From Anthoceros angustus (taxonomy: Eukaryota; Plantae; Anthocerotophyta), in contig VJWM01000106.1 of NCBI GenBank assembly GCA_010909165.1, forward strand, positions 992,001 through 1,056,000: a stretch of DNA of 64,000 bases, in the 5' to 3' direction. The notes beneath the pieces were generated by a model. The model made no database searches, was not told the origin of the DNA, and was given only the letters and a program-made list of their open reading frames with translations. Both the position numbers and the translations under genes were made by a program. Each line of letters opens with the position of its first letter. Within the stretch, counting starts at the first letter, position 1. Below, in pieces: positions 47,356 through 60,300 of the stretch.

Positions 47356-50300
47356 TGTTAAAATGATAGCATTAGCCCTTAGGGCACGCTTCATTATTTA
47401 AGTCACTAGAGCTCAAGCGCCACCTTGAATGGTCACCATTCAAAACGGTTACGCACAACACCGCTTGGGCAATGGCCAAGCCTACATTCTGAACATTCTT
47501 TGTACTCTTATGCAATCTAATGTAAGATCCTCGAACGACGCTCTTCACATGGTATCGAGGACGCCGCCTCGCTCTACCTATCCAGCCACCCCATGACATC
47601 CATACGCGTCTCCTCATCATGCCTGGAGCCATAAGGCGCCAACGCCTCGAAAGAAGAGCAAGGCTGCAAGCAGAACATTTAGAAAATGTCAGATCACTTA
47701 GAGAGCAAAGGAATCTTAAAGCGGAGAAAACTTGTGGCATTACGGTTGGGCGTTACTGCGGTGTCCTGCTAATTGGGGAAGAAATTCTCTTAAGAGGTCA
47801 CATTGACCAACAGAGTACGATTGGTCTTATCTCAAGTTGAATTTTTGTTTCACCAACCATGAAGAAAGCGATTCACTACAACCACGGGCGTAATTGCCCC
47901 AATTTCCCATGAACTGCCAAAGAAGTCACATCTTGCCTAGGAAACCTAAGCCGCCAACATGGCCTCTACCAACTTCCATCTGCAATAGACATAGAAGACA
48001 CCCACAATTCCGTAATTGAAAAATTGACAGAACTGGACCAACCACATGCCCACATAAAATCTCCCCAACGAACGTACAAAGTCCTTATTACTATGCAAAT
48101 AGAAATATCTACCCTACTCAGAAACACAGTTTTCAGAGTCTAGAAACCAGACACACACAAGATGTCAACCTCTCACCTCTCCTTGTCCAAGGAGGACAAG
48201 TTCGATGGCCAGCAACACAATTTCCATACCTGGAAATTCAGGATGACCAACATCCTCAAAGAGCGCAAGCTCTGGGGCTACGTCGGCGGGGTAGGCAACC
48301 CCCCAGTCCCCATACCTTTCCCCGCAGCAGAACCCAAGAAGACAAAGACGATCGAGGACCACAACCAACAAGCTAAAATGTTCTCATGCAAAGCATGAAG
48401 CAAGGCACCGCCCGAGCTCGAGGGGGACATCTGCATGACATAACAAGATGAAATCTATGACGCCCACGACATTATGCATACAATACACACCATCAAGAGC
48501 TACCTCACCTCCGCATGGCGAGGGTGACCATGTGGACCACCATGCAATGGTGTTTCGAGCCCGGTGAAGTTCCGTGCCCTTGGCTTCAACATCCCGAGGA
48601 GCTCCTAGTAGCAATTACGCTATCAACACTACCGAATCGTGGGTCGGCGTGCAAAGCTTACGAGGGGCATTCAACCTCTACCAACTTCCATCCGCAAAAG
48701 ACATAGAAGACACCCACAATTCCGTAATTGAAAAATTGACAGAATCGACCAACCACATGCCCACATAAAATCTCCCCAACGAACGTCTGAGTCCTTATTA
48801 CTATGCAAATAGAAATATCTACCCTACTCAAACAGTTTGAGTCTAGAAACCACACACACAAGATGTCAACCTCTCCCTCTCCTTGTCCAAGGAGGACAAG
48901 TTCGATGGTCCAACAACACAATTTCCATACCTGGAAATTCGGGATGACCAACATCCTCAAAGAGCGCAAGCTGGGGCTACGTCGGCGGGTAGGCAACCCC
49001 AGTCCCCATACCTTTCCCAGCAGAACCCAAAGACAAAAGGCATCGAGGACCACAACCAACAAGCTAAAATGTTCTCATGCAAAGCATGAAGCAAGGCACC
49101 GTCAAGGCTCGAGGGGGACAGCCACACAGTACGCAGCAATGGACACATCTATGACGACGTGTGCATACAATACACACCATCAAGAGCTACCTCGGCCTCC
49201 GCATGGCGAGGGTGACCATGTGGACCACCATGCAATGGTGTTTCGAGCTGACGGTGAAGTTCCAGCCCTTGGCTTGTCCCGAGGAGCTCCTAGTAGCAAT
49301 TACGCTATCAACACTAGCTAATCGTGGTACAGGCAAAGCTTACGGGCATTCAACCTCTAACAATTCAACAAGGTACTCGGTGCTATGCTTACGAGGAAGG
49401 CGCAGGAAGGTCTTCGCTCACGGAGAACCCTCCTCCAGCGCCTTCTTCACGGAAGAGGGAGGCAACGAGGTCGCGGGCGAGGCAATTTCAGGAACAAACC
49501 GCGGCACCCCTAGAGGACGGGCTCCTTTCCCACCGTGGCGAGGTACATACAACCCTTCATGGAAGCCCGTGCGGCTCGCAAAATCCCTGACACACATACG
49601 AGGAATGCCTAAAAGATTAGGCTCTTCTAACAACTACAAATCAACATTCGATTGGCCTTAACCATGCAAATGACACTCCAAGGCTTTCTTTACTCACGTT
49701 AGCCATGAAACACCACCTACAGCACACCTCGGCTCTTGTAGCTTCCTTTTTTCAGCACAAGGGAACATGCAGTACATAGATTCCGAGCTCAGACATGACT
49801 CCCCACAAGGAATACTTCACAAGCCTCAACCCTACAAAGACAATCCAACTTTGTTAGCCTTGGTGACAACTCCAAACACCACATAATAGGGTCGGATCAG
49901 AGACCTAAGCGTCCAACCTAATTCAACCATGCAAATTTTAGACGTCCTCTTAGTACCTGGACTCACCAAAAATCTCTTTTCGTAAGGTTGATCAGCCGGA
50001 TGCTACGTTTGTTTTGGAGATGGCCACTGCGTCATAGAAACCCCACAAGGCGATCTGATTGCCACAGGCGACCTTAAGAACGATGATTTGTACCACCTAC
50101 GGGTTAGCCACCCCTCTTCACTCTCTGCTGGCACACAGAGACAAAATCAGACCTTTCTCTGGCACGCCCGGCTTGGGCACATGAACGTGCAGAGAATGCA
50201 GGATATGATTAAAACACAAGCTGCTCATGGTATTCCTCTTACCAATATCGAGGACTTCGGTATCTGCGACGCATGCTCCCTCGGCAAGAGTCACCGTCGG

Positions 50301-53300
50301 CCTTCCCTAAGGCATCCTACACACGAGCTACCAAGCGGCTTGCTTAGTGCATTCAACTATGCGGGCCTTTCAAACGATCCCTATTTGGATATACATATTT
50401 CATCTTGTGTAATGGCGACTTCACTCGACTCACCGTTATATACATCCTCAAGAACAAGGCCCAAGCATTCCCATGCTTTAAAGAGTACAAGATATGGTCG
50501 GAGAAGCAAGCGGTGACACCTTACTGCCTCGGATCGACGGCGGTGGTGAATCGCTCCACCCAATTTTCCACCTTCTGCAAGGAACACGCATTCATCGATT
50601 ACCACTCCACACACCTCTCGTGAGAATGGGGTCGGAGCGGATGAACCGAACTATACAAAATTGCTAGCCATGCTTATTCATGCAGCTCAAATCCTAGGCG
50701 AGGCAAAGATGTCTGTCTACATTGGTAATCGCACAATTACCTCATCCCTCTCACAGGCACTCCATATACTGACAGGCAATAAGCGGATTTATCCTCCTTG
50801 CGGGTCTTGGTGCTCCCTGTATGCTCATGTTCCCAAGGTTATCGTGGACAAAACTCGACAACAAGGCACAAAAGCTTTTTGCTCGGCTTCACCAACGGAT
50901 CAAAGGATACAAGCTAATCCACCCTCAAACGCACAAGGTGACCCATTCTCGACGTCACATTTCTTGAGGATATCGACCACCACATCCGGTGGGAGTTTCT
51001 TCACAATCAGAGCGATGACGACAATGGTTCCATGGACTTCTCGCTCGCCACTTTCCAAAGACAACCGCCAAACCTCACCGCCCTCCACTCGGCCCGTGCC
51101 ACCACGCCGGCCCCTACACCCCTTATCACACCTCAGACACACCACAACCCATCACATTCGGAGATTTCGACACGATCTTGGCGCCCCTCACTGCCTCGGC
51201 CCCTCAAGCCCCAAGAGCGCCATGGCTCTGAGCGGCGGGGGCAGGTGCTCGCAGATCCGATCCGGAGGCGATGACCTCCATTATAGCAGCCCGCAGTGCG
51301 CACAGGACACCCTCAATCCGACAATTTTCCACACGCCGGAGAGCTCGGCGTGACGCCGCCACAACAGACGGGCACACCCCACCCGGCGCATGAGCACCAC
51401 TCGCCTTCCTCACCAAGATCCCCATGGCTGCAAACCGGCGCTCTCAACAATCAGCCGCGATCACTTGCAGGGCGGACACCTCGATTTGGGACCGGATCGA
51501 CGGCGGTGGTGAATCTTGCTCCACCCAATTTTCCACCTTGCAAGGAACATTCGGCAGATTACCACTCCACACCTCTCGGAGAATGGGGTGTGAGCGGATG
51601 AACCGAACTATACAAAATTGCGGGCTAGCCATGCTTATTCATGCAGCTCAAATCCCTCGGCGAGGCGATAGATCTTATCTACATTGGTAATCGCACAATT
51701 ACCTCATCCCTCTCACAGGCACTCCATATGCAACTTGGACGGGCAATAAGCGGATTTATCCTCCTTATGGTCTTGGTGCTCCGTGTATGCTCATGTTCCC
51801 AAGGTTATCGTGGACAAAACTCGACAACAAGGCACAAAAGCTTCATTGCTCGGCTTCACCAACGGATCAAAGGATACAAGCTAATCCACCTCAAACGCAC
51901 AAGGTGACCCATTCGCGACGTCACATTTCTTGAGGATATACGACCACATCCGGTGGGAGTTTCTTCACAATCAGACAACGATGGCAATGGTTCCATGGAC
52001 TTCTCGCTTGGCCACTTTCCAAAGACAACCGCCAAACCTGACCTCGGCCCTCCACTCGGCCCGTGCCACCACGCCGGCCCCTCGCACGGCCCCTTATCAC
52101 GCCCGCTGGACACACCACAACCCATCACATTCGGAGATTTCGACACCGTCTTGGCGCCCCTCACCCTCAGCGCCCTCAAGCCCCAGCGCCATGGCTCTCA
52201 GGAAGGGGGCAGTGCACTCGCGGGACCGCGAGATGGAGGCGATGACCTCCATTATAGCAGCCCCCAGCGCACAGGACACCCTCACAATTTCGATCCACGG
52301 CCGGAGAGCTCGGCGTGACGCCGCCACGCAGGCGGGCACACCCCACAAGGCCGCGAGCGGCACTCGGTCTTCCTCACCGGCATCCCCATGGCTGCAAACC
52401 GGCGCTCTCAACAATGGCGCCCGATCACTTGCGGAGGACACCTCGACGCAGGACCGGATCGGACCTCTGTATGGCACACAAGCTATATCGGCACTCGAGG
52501 CATGGAGGCATGACACCAAGACAGGCATGGTACTTATTCACAACTCAACTCTCCTACACTTACAGATCGGCTCTTCTCCACACCGCAGCTCAAGTCGGCC
52601 AACAAATTGCTCAACAAACATTTGACATCATCCCGATTCCCAAAGGCAAACCAAAATATATACTTTGAGTTTTCTAATTATAATAATCCGGATATTCAAT
52701 CAACAATACTCAAGACGACAACAATATTTCGATCCTCATTTTGAGAGCATACATGAGGTTATTCCACATCAACTGATACCACCCAGCCTAGGCGTAGGCA
52801 ATCCCGGCTCCAATGCAGTCGACATAGATATTCTCCTACTAATGGCAAGATCCTAAGAGCAATATAGCATATTGTCTTAATGCAAACAGACCAATTTGTC
52901 CTCGCTAGCTATCGAGGCAATAACACCACGGAAGGAACATTGGAAGCAAGCAATCAGTCGAACTAGAATCCCTAGAAGCCAATAAAACTTGGACTCTAAC
53001 TCTTCTACCTAAGGATAGAAAATTGGTAGGAAGTAAGTGGACATTTAAATTAAATTAAATGTCTTTAGTATAGAAAGATATAAAGCTAGACTAGCTAAGG
53101 GATATTCACAAAAATATGGTTTTGACTATGACGAAACCTTTAGTCCTGCTCAAAATAACTTCACTTAGAATCCTCTTAGCTTTGGCATCTCATCACAACT
53201 ATGAACTAATGCAACTTGATATTAAGATGCTTTTCTATATGGAGACCTTGATCACATTATTTATATGGAGATTCCGAAGGATACATGTTCGTGATAAGAG

Positions 53301-54698
53301 AAAGCATAATGCTTGCTTATTATTGAAATCCTTATACGGACTTAAGCAAAGCGCCATGAAATGGTATCACAAGTTAGATGTCACCTTAAGGAGCTAGAGT
53401 TCACTAAGCTAAACTCGAGATAGCAACATTTATATCAAGAGACTAGGTAATGAATTCATTGTCTTAGGAGTATACGTAGATGACATAGTTCTTATGTCTA
53501 ATACTAAGGCTATTTTAGAAAATACCAACTATGCTAGCTAAGCGCTTCTCTATGACAACTTGTAGAGAACTTTCTTCTGCTTAGGCATCAGTTCTAAGAG
53601 ATAGAAACGCTAGAAGCATCCTTATTCACCAATCCAAATACATCCAAGAGATTCTAACCAAGTTTAAGATGTTAGACGCTAAACCCATCTCTACACGCAT
53701 GGAAATGAATCTTAAGCTTAGCAGGGAAGCGGACCAACAGGATGATACCTCCAATACTACTCCTCCTCCTTATTTCTCAGCGGTCGGGAGTCTTATGTAT
53801 CTTATGGTTTGCACCAGACCAGATCTATCCTATTCAGTGGGAGCCTTGTCACAATTCCTATCAGCCCCTACTCAAGCTCATTGGAAAGCGGTTAAGAGGA
53901 TACTCAGATACTTAAGAGCAACCCCGGACCTAGGGCTGCTCTACCAATCACATATCAAACAAGGAGAGCCTTTACAACTAGAAGGCTTTAGCGACGCCGA
54001 CTGGGCCGGCAACGTCAACGATAGGAAGAGCACAAGCAGCTATGTATACCTACTCGGAGGCACAGCAACAAGCTGGAGCAGCAAGAGGCAGTGTGGTCGT
54101 GACTCACCAACAGAGGTGAGTATTGCTCTTTAACACATGCTTGTAAAGATGGACTTTGGCAACTTCTACAACTTTCGGAGTTAGGCGAAATGCAAAGGAT
54201 CCCCAGGCCTCTCTATTGCGATAACCAGAGTGCTATTGCACTCACGTATAATCCAAAGTTCCACGCGGGACGAAGCACATAGAGGTGCAATTTCACTTCA
54301 TAAGGCAAGTAGTTGATGAAGGCAAGTTTATAGTTGTTTATTGCGACGAGATGACGCGGACGTTTACGAAGCACTCAGCTCGATCAAGCATCAAGAACAC
54401 GTGAAGAATATGGGACTAAGAAGAGTCTCGGTTACACACAAAGCTTAGCAAAGTTTGCACACATATATATATATATATAGCCTAAGGACTACATGCTAAG
54501 TGGGAGTGTTAAATGATAGCATTAGCCCTTAGGGCACGCTTCATTATTTAAGTCATTAGAGCTCAAGCGCCACCTTGAATGGTCACCATTCAAAACGACA
54601 AGACAACACCGCTTGGGCAATGGCCAAGCCTACATTCGAACATTCTCTCGACTCTTATGCAATCTAATGTAAGATCCTCGAACGATCGCTTCTTCACA
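47356..54698 (+). mobile_element. Ty1/Copia LTR retrotransposon, family 1, copy B (both LTRs)
   Basis: LTRs 47356-47549 and 54507-54698 (TG...CA), TSD TCTTC, PBS TGGTATC(A)GAG (tRNA-iMet-like) at 47550 and PPT AAGTGGGAG. gag 'KFDG..FHTWKFRM', 'WHARLGH', YVDD and 'FSDADWAG' are present. Confidence 0.96.
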
Positions 54699-55309
54699 TC
54701 TTCTGAATATCTTCGAAATCAATAGGATTGAAAACCGAGGATTATATAAGCCCAAGCCCGCCTAGGTATAGATATAATGTGTAAAGTGTGTCTGCAGGTG
54801 CTTATGTTCTTAGGACCTAATATGGTTAGTGCATATAACCCATATCGTATTGAGAGTTATATTCTCTCTCAATAAACTGACTCTTGTCTTTATCTAGTTG
54901 CATCCGCTGATGTGTATGAATATATGGTCCTTCCATCCTTAGCGTATAAATAAAGTTGTTGTTGTTGTTGTTGTATCAATATGGGTGTAATATTGGTGTG
55001 ACATCCACACTAAAACCGGAGGACGCTCGATCAATCAAAACCCGGAATGATCGCTCGCTCCCCATTCCCCGTGATGACGTGACCTCGGCATCCGCTCGCT
55101 TGACCCCCAAATGTCCAGGCTTTGCCTTAAACGCGCGCGTGGCGTGACCTCGGCGTCCGCATTTTGACCCTGATGGCTTGCGGCTTTGCCTTAACGCGGC
55201 GTGGCCTCCGTGCTTTGCCTTAACGCAGCGTGGCCTCCGTGCTTTGCCTTAACGCAGGTGTTATAGGTCGATTGCGGTGCTCCAGAGCGGCAGCGGGGTC
55301 TGCTGGCGG

Positions 55310-55560
55310 CCGCTATCATTTCGAAGTTTCCTCCGCCACCGCAGAAGGGGACCGTGAGTGAAACAAGCTCCAACAACCTAGCATTTCCGCATCCTCTCAA
55401 ACGCGCCAAGTCGCCATAGTGGAAGCTCACAGACCCAAGAATGAGCACGCCTTACTCGGAATGGCACCACAAGGATGCAACGCAGCGCAAGACTGAGCGA
55501 GCATCGCATCCGCAAGGCGCAGCTCGACCTTGCCTTCCTCGTGGATGCTACATTGAGCAT
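55310..55560 (+). pseudogene. Inverted 5' vWA fragment, paralogue 5 (second copy)
   Basis: Homologous to 40480-40730; 'IRKAQLDLAFLVDATLSM'. Confidence 0.7.
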
Positions 55561-55985
55561 GCTACTTGCAAGGCGGTGGGACTCCAGGACCCCCAAAAGC
55601 CACGGATTCAGAGCTCCTGAGTAGCAATACTAAATTGGTGAAAGGAGATGGCCTCGAACTACTTTTTGAGCCGGATGGCAATGTTGCGTGACAAGCTGCA
55701 AAATGCCTCCCTCACAGCGATAGAGCGTGCCGGAGTGGGCTTTTCTACAGCCAACAACCGACTTGGCCCCTAAACTTGAGAAATGCGAAAGAGTCTCCCC
55801 AGCCACAGTGGCTAGCATAATGAACAATTCCAAAAACATTTGGACGGGTCCTGGAGTGAAGTAGTCCCGAGGTGGTCATAGACCATTCCAAATACCCTAA
55901 AGAAAGACGAAAGCAGGTAAGGGCCACCAAAACCGGCTGTCGAGAGTAAAGGGCTCCCTTTGTTATTATCGCAGAGCCCAACCAC
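55561..55985 (-). mobile_element. CRE-like non-LTR RT fragment (unit 3 copy)
   Basis: Homologous to 40731-41160. Confidence 0.6.
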
Positions 55986-55994
55986 CAAGCAAAG

Positions 55995-56300
55995 GGCGCA
56001 AAACAAGACTAGCCGGACAGATCCAAAAGAAAAGTGAAAGGCTTCAAAGAACAAGACAAGACTAGCCGGATATAGATCCAAAAGAAAAGTGAAAGGCTTC
56101 AAAGAACGCAAAACAAGACTAGCCGGGATACGGATGCAAAAAGAAAAGTGAAAGGCTTCAAAGAACTGCAAAACAAGACTAGCGGGATCTGGACCCAAAA
56201 GAAAAGTGAAAGGCTTCAAAGAACCGCAAAACAAGACTAGCCGGAATATGGATCCAAAAGAAAAGTGAAAGGCTCAAAGAAGCGCAAAACAAGACTGGTA
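55995..56300. repeat. ~60-bp tandem repeat x~5 (unit 3 copy)
   Basis: Same unit as 23765-24090. Confidence 0.9.
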
Positions 56301-56789
56301 GACTTTAAGAAGGAAATCATCCAAGCCAATCAAGTCGACGGAAGGACCAAGAACATATCTTCGTGTACTTCACCGCAAGAGGTCGGTACTTCAAAGACGT
56401 TGACTCGGTGAAGCTATAATCTTCTTTAATTTCTCAAGCTATGAGGTATTGCTAGTGGGACATACACGATGTGATGACATGCCTCCAAATATTTTGACCA
56501 AAGGATTGACTTTAGATAAACATATTACGTTTAGCGATATGCTAGGCTTAAGAGAGTAATATCGATGTGTTGAATGGGAATATTAAAAATCTATACGATT
56601 GGTGCAACACATCCCATATTAAAGTTCACTTAATAAGTCCTACAAGTGTATAGGACAAAATGGACAAAAATAGGATCTAATAAGTTCATACCCACCGAGA
56701 TTGTCAAGGCGAATCTAAATATGTATGCATAGCACACCTTTTCAGCATATGGAGGCTCGGATACCATGCCTGCTTGCCCCACCCGAATA

Positions 56790-57308
56790 TACGCATGTCT
56801 CCATATTCATCATCAAAATCATGAAACGCCTGCCATGGCAAGGAGCGTCCGAATGTAAAGTAGAACGTAAAGAATGTAAAGAATGCTTTACATTCGGAGG
56901 TTCGAGAGCGTGGAGCCTTAGCCTTCCATCTCAAATCAGCCACGCCTCAAGCTTAAGCCATCGAAAACATCTTCAGACGCCGCCGCCAGCTTGCTTCCAC
57001 ACCCAATGGCCTTCATACTCATGCTCGTAGCATCCACCAGAACGCCACGCCCGTACCGCTCGGATGACAATCGAGCTCACTGGCGGCTCCGCGTTGCCTC
57101 TTGGTTGTCGCTCAGGATCGAAGCTCATTCCTAGCAGCGAGCTTGGTTTTCACCATAGCCAGCGCTTGTGCTGGAAGTATGCCAGCCGCCTTAGTCGATG
57201 ACGTGCTCATTCCAGCCATGGCCGATTCGAGCCTCGCTTCCTCAACGATCCGGCCTCCCAATAGGCCTCCGCTATCTCCGGCAGCTAGGAGCTCCACGAG
57301 TCCGCCAT
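56790..57308 (-). pseudogene. Deleted vWA paralogue 2 (unit 3 copy)
   Basis: Homologous to 24560-25125. A Copia of family 2 is inserted just upstream. Confidence 0.7.
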
Positions 57309-57325
57309 CGCCCGGACACGGATCC

Positions 57326-60300
57326 TAATGCTTTATTAGCTTTATTTCGCTATCTGTGGATCATGGAGATGGCAAGAGAGCAGAATCTGGAAGAATGATT
57401 TGTCATTGATTATCAAGTAAGGTAACATCAGGTTCTTAAATAGCAGAGTGGTAACTGTCTAACTGTTCTAACTCGGAAATGCTAACTACGAACTACATTT
57501 GTAACATGCTTCAACTGCATGATTACCAGAATGTAAATCCCAATACTCCCACTTAGTGAGCATTTGGAATAGAACTGTACATACTAGAACTTGTAGCTAA
57601 TGGCATTCAAGCCCTGAAGATAAAAAGGAATGATTCCTCATGCTTGAGTTCATAATCACATGTGCACCAGGACATGAGTCTCTATACCACACATGCTGAA
57701 GGAAAACATTAATAGAAAGAGAACATCTTCACGCCTGCGCTGGCCCTCCCTGTCACCAAGATGTTCGCCATTGCTCCAATCCTCTTCTACATGATTGGAC
57801 TTCAAGCTCCATAGTGGCCTTTGTTGTCTCGGATGTACAAGAATACGTACTTACAGAAACTCTAAAATGAGGTGAAGCAAGGTACAAAAGGACTCAAAAC
57901 AACCAGTGAGAAGAGAAGGGAAATTCTAGTGATCAGCTCCCACTGGGTGACAAGAGTAGGAAAATTCTAGTGAGCTTTTCCCTCCTTTTCTACTGAAGGG
58001 ATATCACACACACCTATAGCAATGACATGTTTCTCATGAACTGTCTTGGTCAAGGCCTTCGTAAGCAAGTCTGCAGTATTTTCACTTGTAGGAACATAAG
58101 ACACACTTACCTCCTTGCTGTCACAACCTTTTATAAAATGATGAGAGATCTCTATGTGTTTTGATCTCGCATGAAATATGTGGATTTTGGACAAGGCAAT
58201 AGTATTGGTTGTCGCACCACAATTGAGTAGGGCCTGGTTGGAGTTGTCGTAGGCCTGTCAAGAAACTTCTGACCCATAAAATTTCCTTGGCAGCCTGCGT
58301 CATGGCCCCATACTCTGCCTCCGTAGATGATAGACAGATGGTGTTCAGCTATTTAGAAGACCAAGATATCGGAGATGCTCCAAGGAACATACAATATGCT
58401 GCCACACTCTTCCTGGTGTCTGGGTCACCCGCCCAGTCCGCATCGCAGTAGGCTGTGAGTTGAAGACCATCCTTATGCCTACAAAACCGCAATCCCTTCC
58501 TTGAAGTACCTTTCAAATATCGAAAAATCCTCTTCACTGCCGTCCAGTGAGCAAGGCCTGGGTTTTCTAGAAACCGGCCGATGCACTATGCCTCTCGTTA
58601 TATCGTCGGGTCCGGTTTGACAAGTAAATGAGTGACCACCGCCTATATGGCTTAGTAGCCATTTCAAGTTTTTCTGCTTCTAAACTAGGACATTGCCAAT
58701 GAGGCTTTCTCCTACACTCATGGGGGTAGAGGCAGGATCGCATCGCCATATTGAACCTCTGCAAGAGCTGGTGCACAAAGTGCTCTTGATGTATATCTAT
58801 AGTACTATCTTTGTTGTTGAAGTGGAACTGGACCCCTAAAGAGAAAGTGAGCTCTCCTAGATCTGTCATTTCGAATCTAGAAAGTAGAACTTGCTTAACC
58901 TTATTCATCAATCAACAACCACTGGTAAAGGAGCAGCAACAGCAGTGGGTAAGCATCCCCCCTGTGATCCCATAGGAGGATCATTCTCAAAAAGAGAGAC
59001 AGTTGAAGTGTCATCAGAGTGAGAAGGAACACCATAGATTGAAGGAGGATCTGGCTGAGAAGTGGGAAGCAAATTGGCAGCATGGCGTTGCAGCAATACA
59101 GATTCCTTGAAAACAACACTGCGAGCTATGGTGAGTTGGTAGAGGGATCAAAAGTTTGTACCCTTTTACATCTTGAATAGCCCACAAAATATGTCGAGTT
59201 GCTTTGGAGTCGAGCTTGGTCCTCAAGGCGATGGCACAAGCGCATATGCGAGAGATCCAAAGATTCAAGATGCTTCACTCGAGGTTTGTTGCCATCCATC
59301 TTTCATATGGAGTCACTTGACCAAGCTCCTTGGAAGGCGACGGTTTTGCACATAATTTCGCCATAAGGGCCTCACCAATACCCTCGTGTCAATCCAGCAA
59401 AATTTAAGGAGGCCAGAGTGGCTTCCTGTAAAGTCCTGTTCTTACGTTCTGAGAAAGAGTTACGCTGGGGTGTAGGAACAAAGTGAATTGATGTTGGATG
59501 CCCTCGGCACAAAATGAAGCAAAAGCACTTGGTATACTCGCCTCCATTGTCGCTGCGAAGTGTGCGAACCTGAGCTCCAGTTTGTCTTTGTGCATAAGTG
59601 ACATATTGCTGAAAACAGTCCAGGGTCTCACTCTTGTGGCGAAGAGGAAACATTGTACAAAATCTGCTCCACTCATCTATGAAAGTTAGGAAGTAAGAGG
59701 CACCGCCAAATGAAGTTGTTGACATGGGTCCGCAAATATCACGTGAATGGTCTAGGAGCCTGTAGCCTCGAGGGAAATCGGTCCTTAAAGGTAACGACAT
59801 TTTACTAAGCTTGCAAGCTTCACAAAAGGTGGATCCTCAAAATGAAAATCAAGGGGTTCACGAAAGCTCTCGCCTTTGTTCGAAGAAGATATTGGAAATT
59901 CACATGACCAAGCCTACAGCAAAAGCCGGGTGGCAAAATCGTTGTTGGGACACACTAAGGGCTAAAGTGGATCTAACATCCAATAAATACACTCATTGTA
60001 GGGAGTCCCGGAACTGATTTTTACCATCCTCATAGAAGAAATGATACAACCTCTAGTGTCGAAGCACACTCGGCAATGGTGTTCTTGAGCTAGCTTCATT
60101 ACTGACATGAGGTTTTTGTCATGGTGGCACAAACAATACGCGATAATGAGTCGCCAAGGGGTTGGTAATTCTATAGTAATCCAACCCTTAATGGAAAGAC
60201 CGATTGCCTCCCAAAAGCACAAATTGCTTGTCATCCCCTGGAGTGAAGTGGTGAAAGACTTTCTATCAAAGCGGATGTGGTGGTTGCCTGAATCTAGGAA

